Assembly: GCA_963783385.1 (NCBI GenBank)
Contig: CAWANJ010000009.1
Coordinates: forward strand, 320,001-384,000
Reading direction: 5' to 3'
Length of the DNA: 64,000 nt
Source of the DNA: an uncultured Gemmatimonadales bacterium
Lineage (GTDB): Bacteria; Gemmatimonadota; Gemmatimonadetes; Palauibacterales; Palauibacteraceae
Shown here: positions 31,264 to 41,055 of the stretch, piece after piece
How the letters are laid out: every line of letters starts with the position of its first letter
Position numbering within the stretch: position 1 is the first letter of the stretch
The notes under the pieces: model-generated
The model's database searches: none
What the model saw: only the letters and a program-made list of their open reading frames with translations
What the model was told of the DNA's origin: nothing
Translations under genes and position numbers: made by a program

Positions 31264-32289
31264 ATGCCTTCGAAGAAGACGTGGTCGTGGAAAGGCCCGG
31301 GACTGGTGCTCGGGCTCGTACTCGTGCTTGGTCTGGCGGCGTGCACCGGCGCCCTGCCGCAGTCCACCCTGCATCCCATCTCCGACTTCGGTCGACGGAT
31401 CGATGACCTCTTCCGTCGGATCTTCTGGTTCGCGGTGGGCGTGTTCGTGGTCGTGGAGGGGCTCCTGGTGTACGCGGTGTTCCGGTTCCGGGACCGCGGG
31501 GGGGAGGGGCGCCCCGAGCCAGTGCATGGCAACACCAGGCTCGAGATCGCCTGGACGCTGGCCCCGGCAGTCATCCTGGTGCTCATCGCGGTGCCGACGA
31601 TCCGGACCATCTTCGTGGTCGACAACCCGCCGCCGGCGGTCGACAACGCGTTGCCGATCGACGTGATCGGGCACCAGTGGTGGTGGGAGTTCCGCTACCC
31701 GACGCTCGGGATCGTGACGGCCGACGAGATGCACGTCCCCGTGGGACGGACCGTCGAGCTCCACCTGACCTCCACGGACGTGATCCACAGCTTCTGGGTC
31801 CCGCGGATCGGCGGGAAGCGGGACGTGGTTCCGGGGCACCACAACTTCCTGTGGTTCACGGTGGATTCGGCGGGGGAGTATCCGGGCCAGTGCGCCGAGT
31901 TCTGCGGAGAGGAGCACGCGCTCATGCGGGTGCTCGCCATCGCCCAGGACTCGGCGACCTTCCAGACGTGGGCCGACAGCCAGAAGCCCGACGCCCGCGA
32001 GCCCACGGATTCCATGGCGATCGAGGGCAAGCAGCTGGTCACCAACGGCATCTGCATCAGCTGCCACACGATCCGGGGCACCCAGGCTCAGGGCACCATC
32101 GGGCCCGACCTGACCCACGTCGGCAGCCGCCAGACCCTGGTGGCCACGATCCTGCCCAACACGCCCGAGAACATGTTCCGCTGGATCCACAACCCGGATT
32201 CGGTGAAGCCCGGCACCAAGATGAAGATCCCGCAGCTTCCGGACGACCAGATCCGGAAGATCGTGGCCTACCTGCAGAGCCTGAAGTAG
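31264..32289 (+). CDS. coxB: Cytochrome c oxidase subunit II with C-terminal cytochrome c (caa3 type)
   Basis: Lipobox LAAC, DVIHSFW, CAEFCGEEHALM (CuA), CISCH heme c. Confidence 0.95.
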   Translation: MPSKKTWSWKGPGLVLGLVLVLGLAACTGALPQSTLHPISDFGRRIDDLFRRIFWFAVGVFVVVEGLLVYAVFRFRDRGGEGRPEPVHGNTRLEIAWTLAPAVILVLIAVPTIRTIFVVDNPPPAVDNALPIDVIGHQWWWEFRYPTLGIVTADEMHVPVGRTVELHLTSTDVIHSFWVPRIGGKRDVVPGHHNFLWFTVDSAGEYPGQCAEFCGEEHALMRVLAIAQDSATFQTWADSQKPDAREPTDSMAIEGKQLVTNGICISCHTIRGTQAQGTIGPDLTHVGSRQTLVATILPNTPENMFRWIHNPDSVKPGTKMKIPQLPDDQIRKIVAYLQSLK

Positions 32290-32298
32290 GGAAGAGGG

Positions 32299-34119
32299 AT
32301 GGCGACCAGCGAAGCGGCGCTCCGCGCCCCAATGTCCGGAGCGCACAGTCACGAGGGCACCTACGGTGGTGGCATCTGGAGCTGGATTACCACCGTGGAC
32401 CACAAGCGGATCGGGATCCTCTACGGTCTGACCGCCCTGAGCTTCTTCGTGATCGGAGGCATAGAGGCGCTCATCCTCCGCCTCCAGCTCCACGGTCCCA
32501 ACGCCGGCATCGTGAGCCCGGAAGTCTACAACCAGCTGTTCACAATGCACGGAACCACGATGATCTTCCTGGCGGTGATGCCGCTGGGTGCAGCGTTCTT
32601 CAACTTCCTCGTGCCGCTCCAGATCGGGGCCAGGGACGTGGCTTTTCCCCGGCTGAACGCGTTCAGCTACTGGCTGTTCCTGTTCGGGGGACTGTTCCTG
32701 TATTCGAGCTGGTTCTTCCAGGCGCCCGACGGCGGCTGGTTCGGCTATGCCAACCTCACGTCGTTGCAATACTCGCCCGGGCTCGGGATCGACTTCTGGT
32801 TCCTGGGGCTGCAGCTCCTGGGGCTCTCTTCCCTGGTCGCCGCGCTGAACTTCGCGATCACCATCCTCAACCTCCGGGCGCCCGGCATGAAGCTCATGCG
32901 CATGCCGCTGTTCACCTGGATGACGCTCGTCACTTCCTTCCTCATGGTCCTGGCCTTCCCGGCCATCACGGTGGGCCTGACCCTGCTCATGATGGACCGC
33001 TTCTTCGGAGCCGACTTCTATCGGGTGGCGGCGGGCGGGGACGTGGTGCTGTGGCAGCACCTGTTCTGGATCTTCGGTCACCCGGAGGTCTACATCCTCA
33101 TCCTCCCGGCCATGGGAATCGTGTCGGAGGTGATCCCGACCTTCTCCCAGAAGCCCCTGTTCGGCTATCCGGTGGTGGTATACTCGGGCGTGCTGATCGG
33201 CTTCATCGGGTTCGGGGTGTGGGCCCACCACATGTTCGCCGTCGGCATGGGACCGATCGCGAACTCGGTGTTCTCGGCCACGACGATGATCATCGCCATC
33301 CCCACCGGCGTGAAGATCTTCAACTGGCTCGCCACCATGTGGGGCGGGAAGATCAAGGCGAAGGTGCCGTTCCTCTTCGCCTTCGGCTTCATCATCATGT
33401 TCATCATCGGCGGCCTGAGCGGCGTGATGCACGCCTCGCCGCCGGCCGACCTCCAGCAGACGGACAGCTACTTCGTGGTGGCGCACTTCCACTACGTGCT
33501 GTTCGGCGGGTCGGTGTTCGGGCTGTTCGCGGGGATCTACTACTGGTATCCCAAGATCACCGGCAAGCTGATGTCGGAGACGCTGGGCAAGTGGCACTTC
33601 TGGCTGATGCTCATCGGCTTCAACATCACCTTCTTCCCGATGCACTTCCTCGGGCTGCAGGGCATGCCCCGGCGGACGTACACGTACGAGCCCGGCCTGG
33701 GCTTCCACGACATGAACCTGGCGGCCACGGTGGGCTCCTTCCTGCTGGCGTTCTCGTTCCTGTTCTTCTTCTGGAACTTCTTCCGGAGTCTGAAGACGGG
33801 AGAGGAGGCCGGCGACAACCCCTGGAACGCGGCCACGCTGGAGTGGTCGATCCCGTCGCCACCTCCGCACTACAACTTCGACACGCTGCCGACCGTGCGC
33901 AGCCGCGACCCGCTATGGGCGGACGGCGGCTACGAGAAGCCGCCGGCCGACCACGAGCCGGAGATGCCGGCGGGGTCGGCGTGGCCCATCTGCCTGGCCG
34001 CGGGGCTGCTTCTGCTCGCGATCGCGGCCATCAGCAGCCACCTGTGGCTCGTGGGTGTGTCCGTACTGTGGATCTTCATCGCCGCCTACGGGTGGTCGTT
34101 CCAGCCCGTCTACCGCTGA
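32299..34119 (+). CDS. coxA: Cytochrome c oxidase subunit I (type A1) with 2-TM C-terminal extension
   Basis: GHPEVY, WAHH, HFHY. Confidence 0.96.
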   Translation: MATSEAALRAPMSGAHSHEGTYGGGIWSWITTVDHKRIGILYGLTALSFFVIGGIEALILRLQLHGPNAGIVSPEVYNQLFTMHGTTMIFLAVMPLGAAFFNFLVPLQIGARDVAFPRLNAFSYWLFLFGGLFLYSSWFFQAPDGGWFGYANLTSLQYSPGLGIDFWFLGLQLLGLSSLVAALNFAITILNLRAPGMKLMRMPLFTWMTLVTSFLMVLAFPAITVGLTLLMMDRFFGADFYRVAAGGDVVLWQHLFWIFGHPEVYILILPAMGIVSEVIPTFSQKPLFGYPVVVYSGVLIGFIGFGVWAHHMFAVGMGPIANSVFSATTMIIAIPTGVKIFNWLATMWGGKIKAKVPFLFAFGFIIMFIIGGLSGVMHASPPADLQQTDSYFVVAHFHYVLFGGSVFGLFAGIYYWYPKITGKLMSETLGKWHFWLMLIGFNITFFPMHFLGLQGMPRRTYTYEPGLGFHDMNLAATVGSFLLAFSFLFFFWNFFRSLKTGEEAGDNPWNAATLEWSIPSPPPHYNFDTLPTVRSRDPLWADGGYEKPPADHEPEMPAGSAWPICLAAGLLLLAIAAISSHLWLVGVSVLWIFIAAYGWSFQPVYR

Positions 34120-34177
34120 CGGTCACGAGCGCCCGTCCGCGGGGGAGAGCGAGTCCGGTTACGATGCAGAGGAGACC

Positions 34178-34786
34178 GTGAGTCAAGGGGAAGCCGCCGC
34201 ACTGGACCACGAGTATACGAGCACCGGCCAGCCGAGCCGGAAGATGCTCATGTGGGCCTTCATCGGCTCGGAATGCATGTTCTTCGGCACCCTGATCACC
34301 ACGTACCTGGTGTATCACGGGCACAACGTGCAGGGGCCGTATCCCAAGGACCTGCTCAGCGTCCCGTTCATCTCGGTGACCACCTTCGTGCTGCTCATGA
34401 GCAGCCTCATGATGGTGCTGGCCCTGTCGGCCGTGCAGCGCGGGCAGAAGAAGTGGACGAGGGTCTACCTCTTCCTGACACCGTTCCTGGGGATGATCTT
34501 CCTGGGCGGCCAGGTCATCGAGTTCACGCACTTCGCGCACAGCGGGCTCAGCCTGAGTCGGAACCTGTTCGGAAGCACGTTCTTCGTCCTGACCGGCTTC
34601 CACGGCGCCCACGTCACGGTGGGCGTGATCTGGCTGTTCACTCTCTGGGTTCAATCGCTGAGGGGGAAGCTGGGGCCGGAGCACAGTCTCACGGTCGAGA
34701 TCGCCGGTCTGTACTGGCACTTCGTGGACGTGGTGTGGGTGGTCCTGTTCACGGTCATCTACCTCATGCAGGGCGTGCACACCTGA
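34178..34786 (+). CDS. coxC: Cytochrome c oxidase subunit III (short form)
   Basis: SECMFFG, TGFHGAHV, GLYWHFVDVVW. Confidence 0.92.
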   Translation: MSQGEAAALDHEYTSTGQPSRKMLMWAFIGSECMFFGTLITTYLVYHGHNVQGPYPKDLLSVPFISVTTFVLLMSSLMMVLALSAVQRGQKKWTRVYLFLTPFLGMIFLGGQVIEFTHFAHSGLSLSRNLFGSTFFVLTGFHGAHVTVGVIWLFTLWVQSLRGKLGPEHSLTVEIAGLYWHFVDVVWVVLFTVIYLMQGVHT

Positions 34787-34862
34787 CGTCCGTACCGGTT
34801 ACGCTGGCGATGGCGCACCTAATCAGCGCGGGACGCGAGAGTTGATGGAGATGGAAGCTGCG

Positions 34863-35195
34863 ATGGAAGGAAATGTGAGCGAACAGGCCATGGCGGGGCA
34901 CGGCGAGCCCCATGCGAGCAACCGGACCTACGTGGGCGTGGCCGCCGTGCTGGCGGTGCTCACGGCGCTCGAGGTGATGGTGTTCTTCCTCCCCTCCCTC
35001 AAGCCGGTGATGGTGCCGATCCTGCTCATCCTGATGGCGGCCAAGTTCGCCCTGGTCGTCCTGTTCTTCATGCACCTGAAGTTCGACGCCAGGGTGTTCT
35101 CCGGGCTGTTCGCCGGCCCGCTCTTGATCGCCGCCGCGATCATCAGCGCGATGATCTTCCTGTACATCAACTACGGCGCGGGGAAGGGCGGCTGA
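34863..35195 (+). CDS. Cytochrome c oxidase subunit IV family protein (start uncertain, 34842-34875)
   Basis: LAVLTALEV, KFALVVLFFMHLKFD. Confidence 0.85.
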   Translation: MEGNVSEQAMAGHGEPHASNRTYVGVAAVLAVLTALEVMVFFLPSLKPVMVPILLILMAAKFALVVLFFMHLKFDARVFSGLFAGPLLIAAAIISAMIFLYINYGAGKGG

Positions 35196-35205
35196 GCCGC
35201 CTTCC

Positions 35206-35721
35206 TCAGCCGCGCGGCGGGCCCTCCGGCGAGTAGTCCCCCCGCAGAAGGCCCGGGTTCCGCACCGTGAAGTACCCCCCCATTACCACCACCGCCAGAA
35301 AGTTGCCCACCAATATGGCCCAGGTGGCCAGCTGGCCGGCGATGGGTTGGGCCCACACCAGCACGAACACGTAGAAGGCGAACTCGAAGAACACGAAGAA
35401 GAACACGAGCAGGTAGCCGAGGATGGGCGTCTGCTTGAACTTCGAGATCACCCACGCGGTGGTCAGTCCGAAGAGTGCGAACAGGCCGAGGTGGATGCCG
35501 GAGTAGACCGCCACCAGGCTGGGCTCGACCTCCACCCCCTTCGTCGCCGAGCTCGCGCCGTGGAGAAGGGCGCCCCCCAGCAGAGAAGGCGTGTAGAGGG
35601 GCTGGTTCTTGGAGAGGTCGAGGATCAGGAACCACAGGGCGACCGTCACGGCTCCCAGGGCGCCGGCGATGAGTCCGTCCCAGAGGATGTCGCCCGGTTC
35701 CGGCCGCGTGTCCGTCGTCAT
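35206..35721 (-). CDS. Hypothetical 4-TM membrane protein
   Basis: GLIAGALGA, PLYTPSLLG, four hydrophobic segments; GGAGG RBS. Confidence 0.7.
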   Translation of the reverse strand: MTTDTRPEPGDILWDGLIAGALGAVTVALWFLILDLSKNQPLYTPSLLGGALLHGASSATKGVEVEPSLVAVYSGIHLGLFALFGLTTAWVISKFKQTPILGYLLVFFFVFFEFAFYVFVLVWAQPIAGQLATWAILVGNFLAVVVMGGYFTVRNPGLLRGDYSPEGPPRG

Positions 35722-36284
35722 CCTGCCGCCTCCTTCGTCCTGTGTGCGACCTCGGCCCGACCCGCCGTGACCCCCGAATCCCGGGGGGGGGCGGCCGACC
35801 ACCGGGCACGGAAGATGCGAATGCAACGGGGGGAAGGAAACCCCGTGTGCGACGTGGCGGTCCGACCGTCACCTGCCGGTGGCCGAGGGCCGCGCCCGTG
35901 CGCGGAGCGACCTCGGAGCGTCACCAGCGGGGAGAACGGCCGCGTGCCGTGTGATGCGCAGCGAGTCCCACGGGCCAGGATGTACGATCGACGTCGTGCT
36001 CGGCGCGGCGCCCTGGATCGGGGTTCGGCTTCGCTGCGGGAGTCTCCCTCCGTCCTCCCCACCTCTCCAGCAGCGACTCGACCGCCGGTGATCTCCCGCA
36101 CGGCGACCTCCCTCTCGCGGCGCGCGAGCCGGAGCTCCGGCGGTTCCATCATAGAGGCATTCGTCCACCGACCAAGGCGGCCGCGCTCCCTCGTCCGGCC
36201 CGCGGGGACGCGTCAACACGTCCGGGCCGACCCCAACCACGCACGAGCCCGTTACCCCACACTCACGATCGGAGAGGTGCATCC

Positions 36285-37823
36285 ATGTCGGATTCGAACT
36301 CCAGCCGCAACGACGGCCCTGGCGACGCGCTGGAGAGCGCCGCCCAGGAATCGGAGACAGGCCCCAGGCCGCGCGGCGATCCGGCGTCGCGGGCGGACGA
36401 GACCGCCGAGCGACACGGCATCGGACGCCGCGAGTTCCTGACGAGCAGCGCCAAGTACGGCCTCGCGGCCGCGGTGGCGCCCACCATCTGGGTGCCGCGC
36501 TACGGGCGTCAGGCGAAGTCGCTCAAGATCATGCAGTGGAGCCACTTCGTCCCGTCCTACGATGTCTGGTTCGACAAGTGGGCCAAGGCGTGGGGCGAGC
36601 AGAAGGGCGTGGACGTCACGGTCGATCACATCGCGCTCAGCAACCTGGGCACACGGGCCAATGCCGAGGTCTCGGCCCAGAGCGGGCACGACCTGTTCCA
36701 GTTCCTTTCTCCACCGGGGGCGTTCGAGCCGCACGTGCTCGACATGGCCGACATGGTGCAGGAGGCGGAATCCCACTACGGGCCCATCCTCGAGCTGGCC
36801 AAGCACAGCACGTACAATCCGGTCACGAAGAAGTGGTTCGGCTTCTCCGACAACTACGTGCCCGATCCCGGCGACTACCTCAAGAGCATCTGGTCGGACG
36901 TTGGGATGCCGAACGGTCCGAGCACCTGGGAGGATCTGGTCAAGGCCGGTCCCGAGATCCGCAAGAAGCACCCGGAGATCCAGATCCCGATCGGACTGGG
37001 CATGTCCCAGGAGCTGGACTCCAACATGGCGGGCAGGGCCGTCCTGTGGTCCTTCGGCGGTTCCGTGCAGGACGCCAACGAGAACGTGGTCCTGGACTCC
37101 GACGCCACGCGGGCGGCCATCGACTACATGACGCGCCTGTTCAAGGCGGGCATGAACGATGCCGTCCTGAGCTGGAACGCCGCCTCGAACAACCAGGCCC
37201 TGAACGCGCAGGCCACCAGCTACATCCTCAACTCGATCTCGGCCTACCGGACGGCCCAGGACAACCAATTGCCGGTGGCGGACGACATCTTCTTCGTCGA
37301 GGCGCTCAAGGGGCCCCACGGTGACCAGTGGGCCAGCGAGCACGTCATGGGCGTCTACGTGATCTGGAAGTTCGCCGAGAACCCGGACGTGGCGAAGCAG
37401 TTCCTGCTGGATCTGCTGGGCACCTACCGGGATGCCGTGAAGGGCAGCAAGCTCTACAACTTCCCGTCCTTCCCGGGCACGGTAGCCGACGCGTCGGTGC
37501 CGGTGGCCCAGAAGCCCGACGCCGGCGCCCAGTGGCTGAAGCAGGTCACGAGCGACGATCCGTTCGGCTCCACGCCGCCGAACAAGCTGGCCCCGATCGG
37601 GACCGCGCTGAAGTGGTCGACCAACCAGGGCCATCCGGGACCGGCCAATCCGGCCACGGGCGAGGTGTTCGACACCTTCGTGCTTCCAACCATGTTCGCC
37701 AAGGCGGCGACGGGCCAGGCGAGCCCCAAGGACGCGCTCGATGAGGCCGTCAGCCGCACGAAGCAGATCTACGAGAAGTGGCGCAAGCAAGGCCTCGTGG
37801 GCGGCGGCGGCGGCGACCGCTGA
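36285..37823 (+). CDS. CUT1 ABC transporter substrate-binding protein, Tat-exported
   Basis: GRREFL twin-arginine motif; QWSHFVP.YD.WF; SBP_bac_1-like. Confidence 0.88.
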   Translation: MSDSNSSRNDGPGDALESAAQESETGPRPRGDPASRADETAERHGIGRREFLTSSAKYGLAAAVAPTIWVPRYGRQAKSLKIMQWSHFVPSYDVWFDKWAKAWGEQKGVDVTVDHIALSNLGTRANAEVSAQSGHDLFQFLSPPGAFEPHVLDMADMVQEAESHYGPILELAKHSTYNPVTKKWFGFSDNYVPDPGDYLKSIWSDVGMPNGPSTWEDLVKAGPEIRKKHPEIQIPIGLGMSQELDSNMAGRAVLWSFGGSVQDANENVVLDSDATRAAIDYMTRLFKAGMNDAVLSWNAASNNQALNAQATSYILNSISAYRTAQDNQLPVADDIFFVEALKGPHGDQWASEHVMGVYVIWKFAENPDVAKQFLLDLLGTYRDAVKGSKLYNFPSFPGTVADASVPVAQKPDAGAQWLKQVTSDDPFGSTPPNKLAPIGTALKWSTNQGHPGPANPATGEVFDTFVLPTMFAKAATGQASPKDALDEAVSRTKQIYEKWRKQGLVGGGGGDR

Positions 37824-38009
37824 GCCCACAGCGGTGACGGGGAGCGGCCGCGAGGCCCTCCCCGGCCCGCCGCGAGACTGGAGAGCTCCGGAGGGGGCCG
37901 GGTTGGGCTCCCTGCGCTTTCCATGTAGCGCCCGAAGGTATCATCATGGGTGGCATCGGACCGCCGAACGATGACGGACGACCCACAGGGAGGGAGTGGT
38001 TAGGCGACG

Positions 38010-39086
38010 ATGGCCTCCGTCGAAATCCGGGACCTGCACAAGCACTTCGAAGGCCAACGGGCCGTCGACGGTGTCGACCTGTCCGTCGAGGACGGGGAGT
38101 TCGTCGTGCTCCTCGGGCCCTCCGGTTGCGGGAAGACGACGCTGCTGCGGACCATCGCGGGCCTCGAGCATCCGACGTCGGGCGAGATTCGGCTCGGAGG
38201 AAGGCTCCTCGGCCGGGACGTGCCCCCCAGGGCCCGCCGGATCGCGATGATGTTCCAGAGTTACGCGCTCTACCCGCACCGAACCGTATTCGGGAACATC
38301 GCTTTTCCGCTCAAGGCACTGCACACGCCCCGCGACGAAATCGAGGAGAAGGTGCGATGGGCCGTGCGCATGTTCGACATCGAGCGGTACCTTGAAGCCT
38401 TTCCCAGGCACCTCTCGGGAGGCGAGCGCCAGCGGGTCGCGCTCTGCCGGGCGGTGGTCCGCGAGCCACAGGCTTTTCTGCTGGATGAGCCCCTGTCCAA
38501 CCTGGACGCCAAACAGCGGACCACGGCCCGCGACGAGCTGAAGCGCTTCCAGCAGAAGGTGAACATCACGACCCTGTACGTGACGCACGACCAGGTCGAG
38601 GCCATGGGCCTCGGCGACCGGATCGCTGTTATGAAGTCGGGGCAGATCCGTCAGTTCGGGACCCCGAGCGAGGTCTACGATCACCCCGCCGACACGTTCG
38701 TGGCGACCTTCGTCGGACTGCCGCCCATGAACCTGCTCGAGTCGGTGGACGGCCTGGCTCCCGAAGGCACGCTCGTGGGATTCCGGCCCGAGCACTTCTT
38801 GCCGAGCTCGGCGTTCAGGGAGGACGACGACGTCACGACCCTGAAGTACCACGTGCGCCGGGTCGAGTACCTGGGAGCCGAGCGCTACCTGTACGGCTCG
38901 ATCGGAGAGGTCGAGGACCCCGACCAGCCGATCATGGCCCGCCTCCCGGCGATGCTGCGCGTGTCGGTGGATGCGGAGAAGACACACGAGTTCGCGGTCC
39001 GTACGACGCAGCTCCGCTTCTTCGACGAGGAGAGCGGGAAGCGCCGGGAGCCACCGGACGGGAAGGGAAGGAAGGCGGAGGCGTGA
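38010..39086 (+). CDS. Sugar ABC transporter ATPase (MalK-like)
   Basis: GPSGCGKTT, LSGGERQR, DEPLSNLD, VTHDQVEAM. Confidence 0.92.
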   Translation: MASVEIRDLHKHFEGQRAVDGVDLSVEDGEFVVLLGPSGCGKTTLLRTIAGLEHPTSGEIRLGGRLLGRDVPPRARRIAMMFQSYALYPHRTVFGNIAFPLKALHTPRDEIEEKVRWAVRMFDIERYLEAFPRHLSGGERQRVALCRAVVREPQAFLLDEPLSNLDAKQRTTARDELKRFQQKVNITTLYVTHDQVEAMGLGDRIAVMKSGQIRQFGTPSEVYDHPADTFVATFVGLPPMNLLESVDGLAPEGTLVGFRPEHFLPSSAFREDDDVTTLKYHVRRVEYLGAERYLYGSIGEVEDPDQPIMARLPAMLRVSVDAEKTHEFAVRTTQLRFFDEESGKRREPPDGKGRKAEA

Positions 39087-40009
39087 AGCTCCCCTTCGGA
39101 CCGATCACCCTGCCGCCACGGGAGACGTTCGCCGACAGCGAGAGCTTCCTGGCCAAGGTCATGCTGGCTCCGGCCATCCTGTACGTGGTCGTTCTCGTCG
39201 GCATCCCCTTCGTCCTCGCCATCCTGCTCAGCTTCAGCAACGCCAGGGCGGGGAGCCTGAGCTTCTCGTGGGTGGGGCTGTCCAACTACGCTGCCGTGAT
39301 CTCCGATCCCACCTTTCGGCGGGCGCTCCTCAACACGGTGATCGTCACCGTGGCGGTCCAGGTCCTGGTGGTGGTACTGGCCACCGCGGCCGCCATCGTG
39401 TTCCGGGAGGCGTTCGTGGGAAAGCGGATGATGCGCTTCTTCCTGCTCCTCCCGTGGGCGGTGCCGATCACGCTGGCCGTCATGGCGTGGACGTGGATCT
39501 TCGACTCCACCTTCAGCGTAGTGAACTGGACCCTGAAGGTGTCCGGATTGATGCACGGCTGGCTCTACTGGCTCGGGAGCCCGACCCTGGGCCTCATCGC
39601 GATCATCATCGTCCAGGTGTGGCGGTTGTTCCCGTTCGCGACCGTCATCGTGCTCGCGGGCATGACCTCGATCCCCCAGGACGTCGTGGAGGCCTCGATC
39701 ATGGACGGAGCCGGATTCTGGCGCCGCCTGTTCCAGATCGAGCTGCCCTTCCTTCTTCCCGTGGTGACGGTGGCCGTGCTATTCGGCATCGTCTACACGG
39801 CCACCAACATGAGCGTGGTCTACCTGCTGACCGGCGGTGGGCCCGCGGACAGCACGCACGTGCTCCCGACCCTGGCTTTCCAGCGCGGCATCGAGGGCCT
39901 CGACCTCGGACAGGGCGCGGCCATCGCCCTGTTCCTGTTGCCCTTCCTGCTCGTGGCGGCCATCGGGATGCTCCGCGTGGCCCGACGCTCCGAGATGGGG
40001 TCCCGATGA
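39083..40009 (+). CDS. Carbohydrate ABC permease (MalF-like)
   Basis: VGLSNY, EAA-like EASIMDGAG, LTGGGP. Confidence 0.9.
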   Translation: MKLPFGPITLPPRETFADSESFLAKVMLAPAILYVVVLVGIPFVLAILLSFSNARAGSLSFSWVGLSNYAAVISDPTFRRALLNTVIVTVAVQVLVVVLATAAAIVFREAFVGKRMMRFFLLLPWAVPITLAVMAWTWIFDSTFSVVNWTLKVSGLMHGWLYWLGSPTLGLIAIIIVQVWRLFPFATVIVLAGMTSIPQDVVEASIMDGAGFWRRLFQIELPFLLPVVTVAVLFGIVYTATNMSVVYLLTGGGPADSTHVLPTLAFQRGIEGLDLGQGAAIALFLLPFLLVAAIGMLRVARRSEMGSR

Positions 40010-40869
40010 ACCGGTACCGGCTTCTGCGCTACGTTCGGCGCGCCGGCGTGTACGTGGCCGCGCTCGGCTTCGTGGCGTTCGCCGCCTTTCCCTTCTACTG
40101 GATGGCGCTGACGACCTTCAAGCAGAACAAGGACCTGTACGTCTCGGCCACGAACCTGAAGCACGTCCCCTGGATTTTCAACGCGGCCCCGACGCTGGAC
40201 CATCTCAAGCTCCTGTTCACCCAGACGGCCTATCCCACCTGGCTGCTCAACACGCTCATCGTGGTGGTGGCCGTGGTGGTCATCACCGTGGTGGTCGCCC
40301 TGCCGGCCGGATACAGCCTGGCGCGGCTGGCCGGGAGCTGGGGCGAGGGAATGGGGATCGGGATCTTCCTCACCTACCTGGTCCCTCCGACGCTCCTGTT
40401 CATACCCTTCTCGCGGCTGGTGGCCATCCTGGGGCTGCAGGACAGCCTGTGGAGCCTGATCGTGGTGTATCCGACCTTCACGATCCCCTTCTGTACCTGG
40501 CTCGTCATGGGCTTCTTCCGGTCGGTGCCCTGGGACATCGAGGAGCAGGCCATGATCGACGGATACAGCCGGCTGGGGGTCATCTTCCGGGTGGTGCTGC
40601 GATTCGCCGTTCCGGGGATCCTCACGGTCGTGGTGTTCACCTTCACTCTGGTGATGCAGGAGTTCATCTACGCCCTCACCTTCATCAGCTCGGTGGACAA
40701 GATGACCGTGAGCCTCGGGGTGCCCGTGGCCCTGGTGCGTGGCGACGTGTACCACTGGGGCGCCCTCATGGGCGCGGCGCTCATCACCAGCATCCCGATG
40801 GCGATCGTCTACAACCTGTTCATGGATCGGTTCGTGGCGGGTCTCACGCTGGGGGCGGTGAAGGGATAG
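40006..40869 (+). CDS. Carbohydrate ABC permease (MalG-like)
   Basis: FPFYWM, EEQAMIDG, C-terminal GAVKG. Confidence 0.9.
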   Translation: MNRYRLLRYVRRAGVYVAALGFVAFAAFPFYWMALTTFKQNKDLYVSATNLKHVPWIFNAAPTLDHLKLLFTQTAYPTWLLNTLIVVVAVVVITVVVALPAGYSLARLAGSWGEGMGIGIFLTYLVPPTLLFIPFSRLVAILGLQDSLWSLIVVYPTFTIPFCTWLVMGFFRSVPWDIEEQAMIDGYSRLGVIFRVVLRFAVPGILTVVVFTFTLVMQEFIYALTFISSVDKMTVSLGVPVALVRGDVYHWGALMGAALITSIPMAIVYNLFMDRFVAGLTLGAVKG

Positions 40870-41055
40870 GGGAGCGAGGGCCGTCGGTCTCCCGGCGCCC
40901 GGACGGGTCGGCGATCACGCCGCCTGGCGGTGCGCGACGCTGGTTTGACGCGCAGGTGCGCGCCAGTTAGGTCCAAAGCGTGGCTTTTTTCAGAATTCGG
41001 CGAGATGCGACACCGCTCGCCGGGACACGGGGGCGTCCCCGAGAAAGGTGATGTG

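Noticed and set aside
35718-36282. ORFs 35718..36152 and 35869..36282 on the minus strand
   Set aside because: Arg/Pro-rich, no motifs or convincing RBS
40870-41055. Moco/Wco riboswitch or selC tRNA near the FDH operon
   Set aside because: Only a TTGACG-17nt-TAGGTC promoter-like element seen; no cloverleaf or recognisable riboswitch consensus
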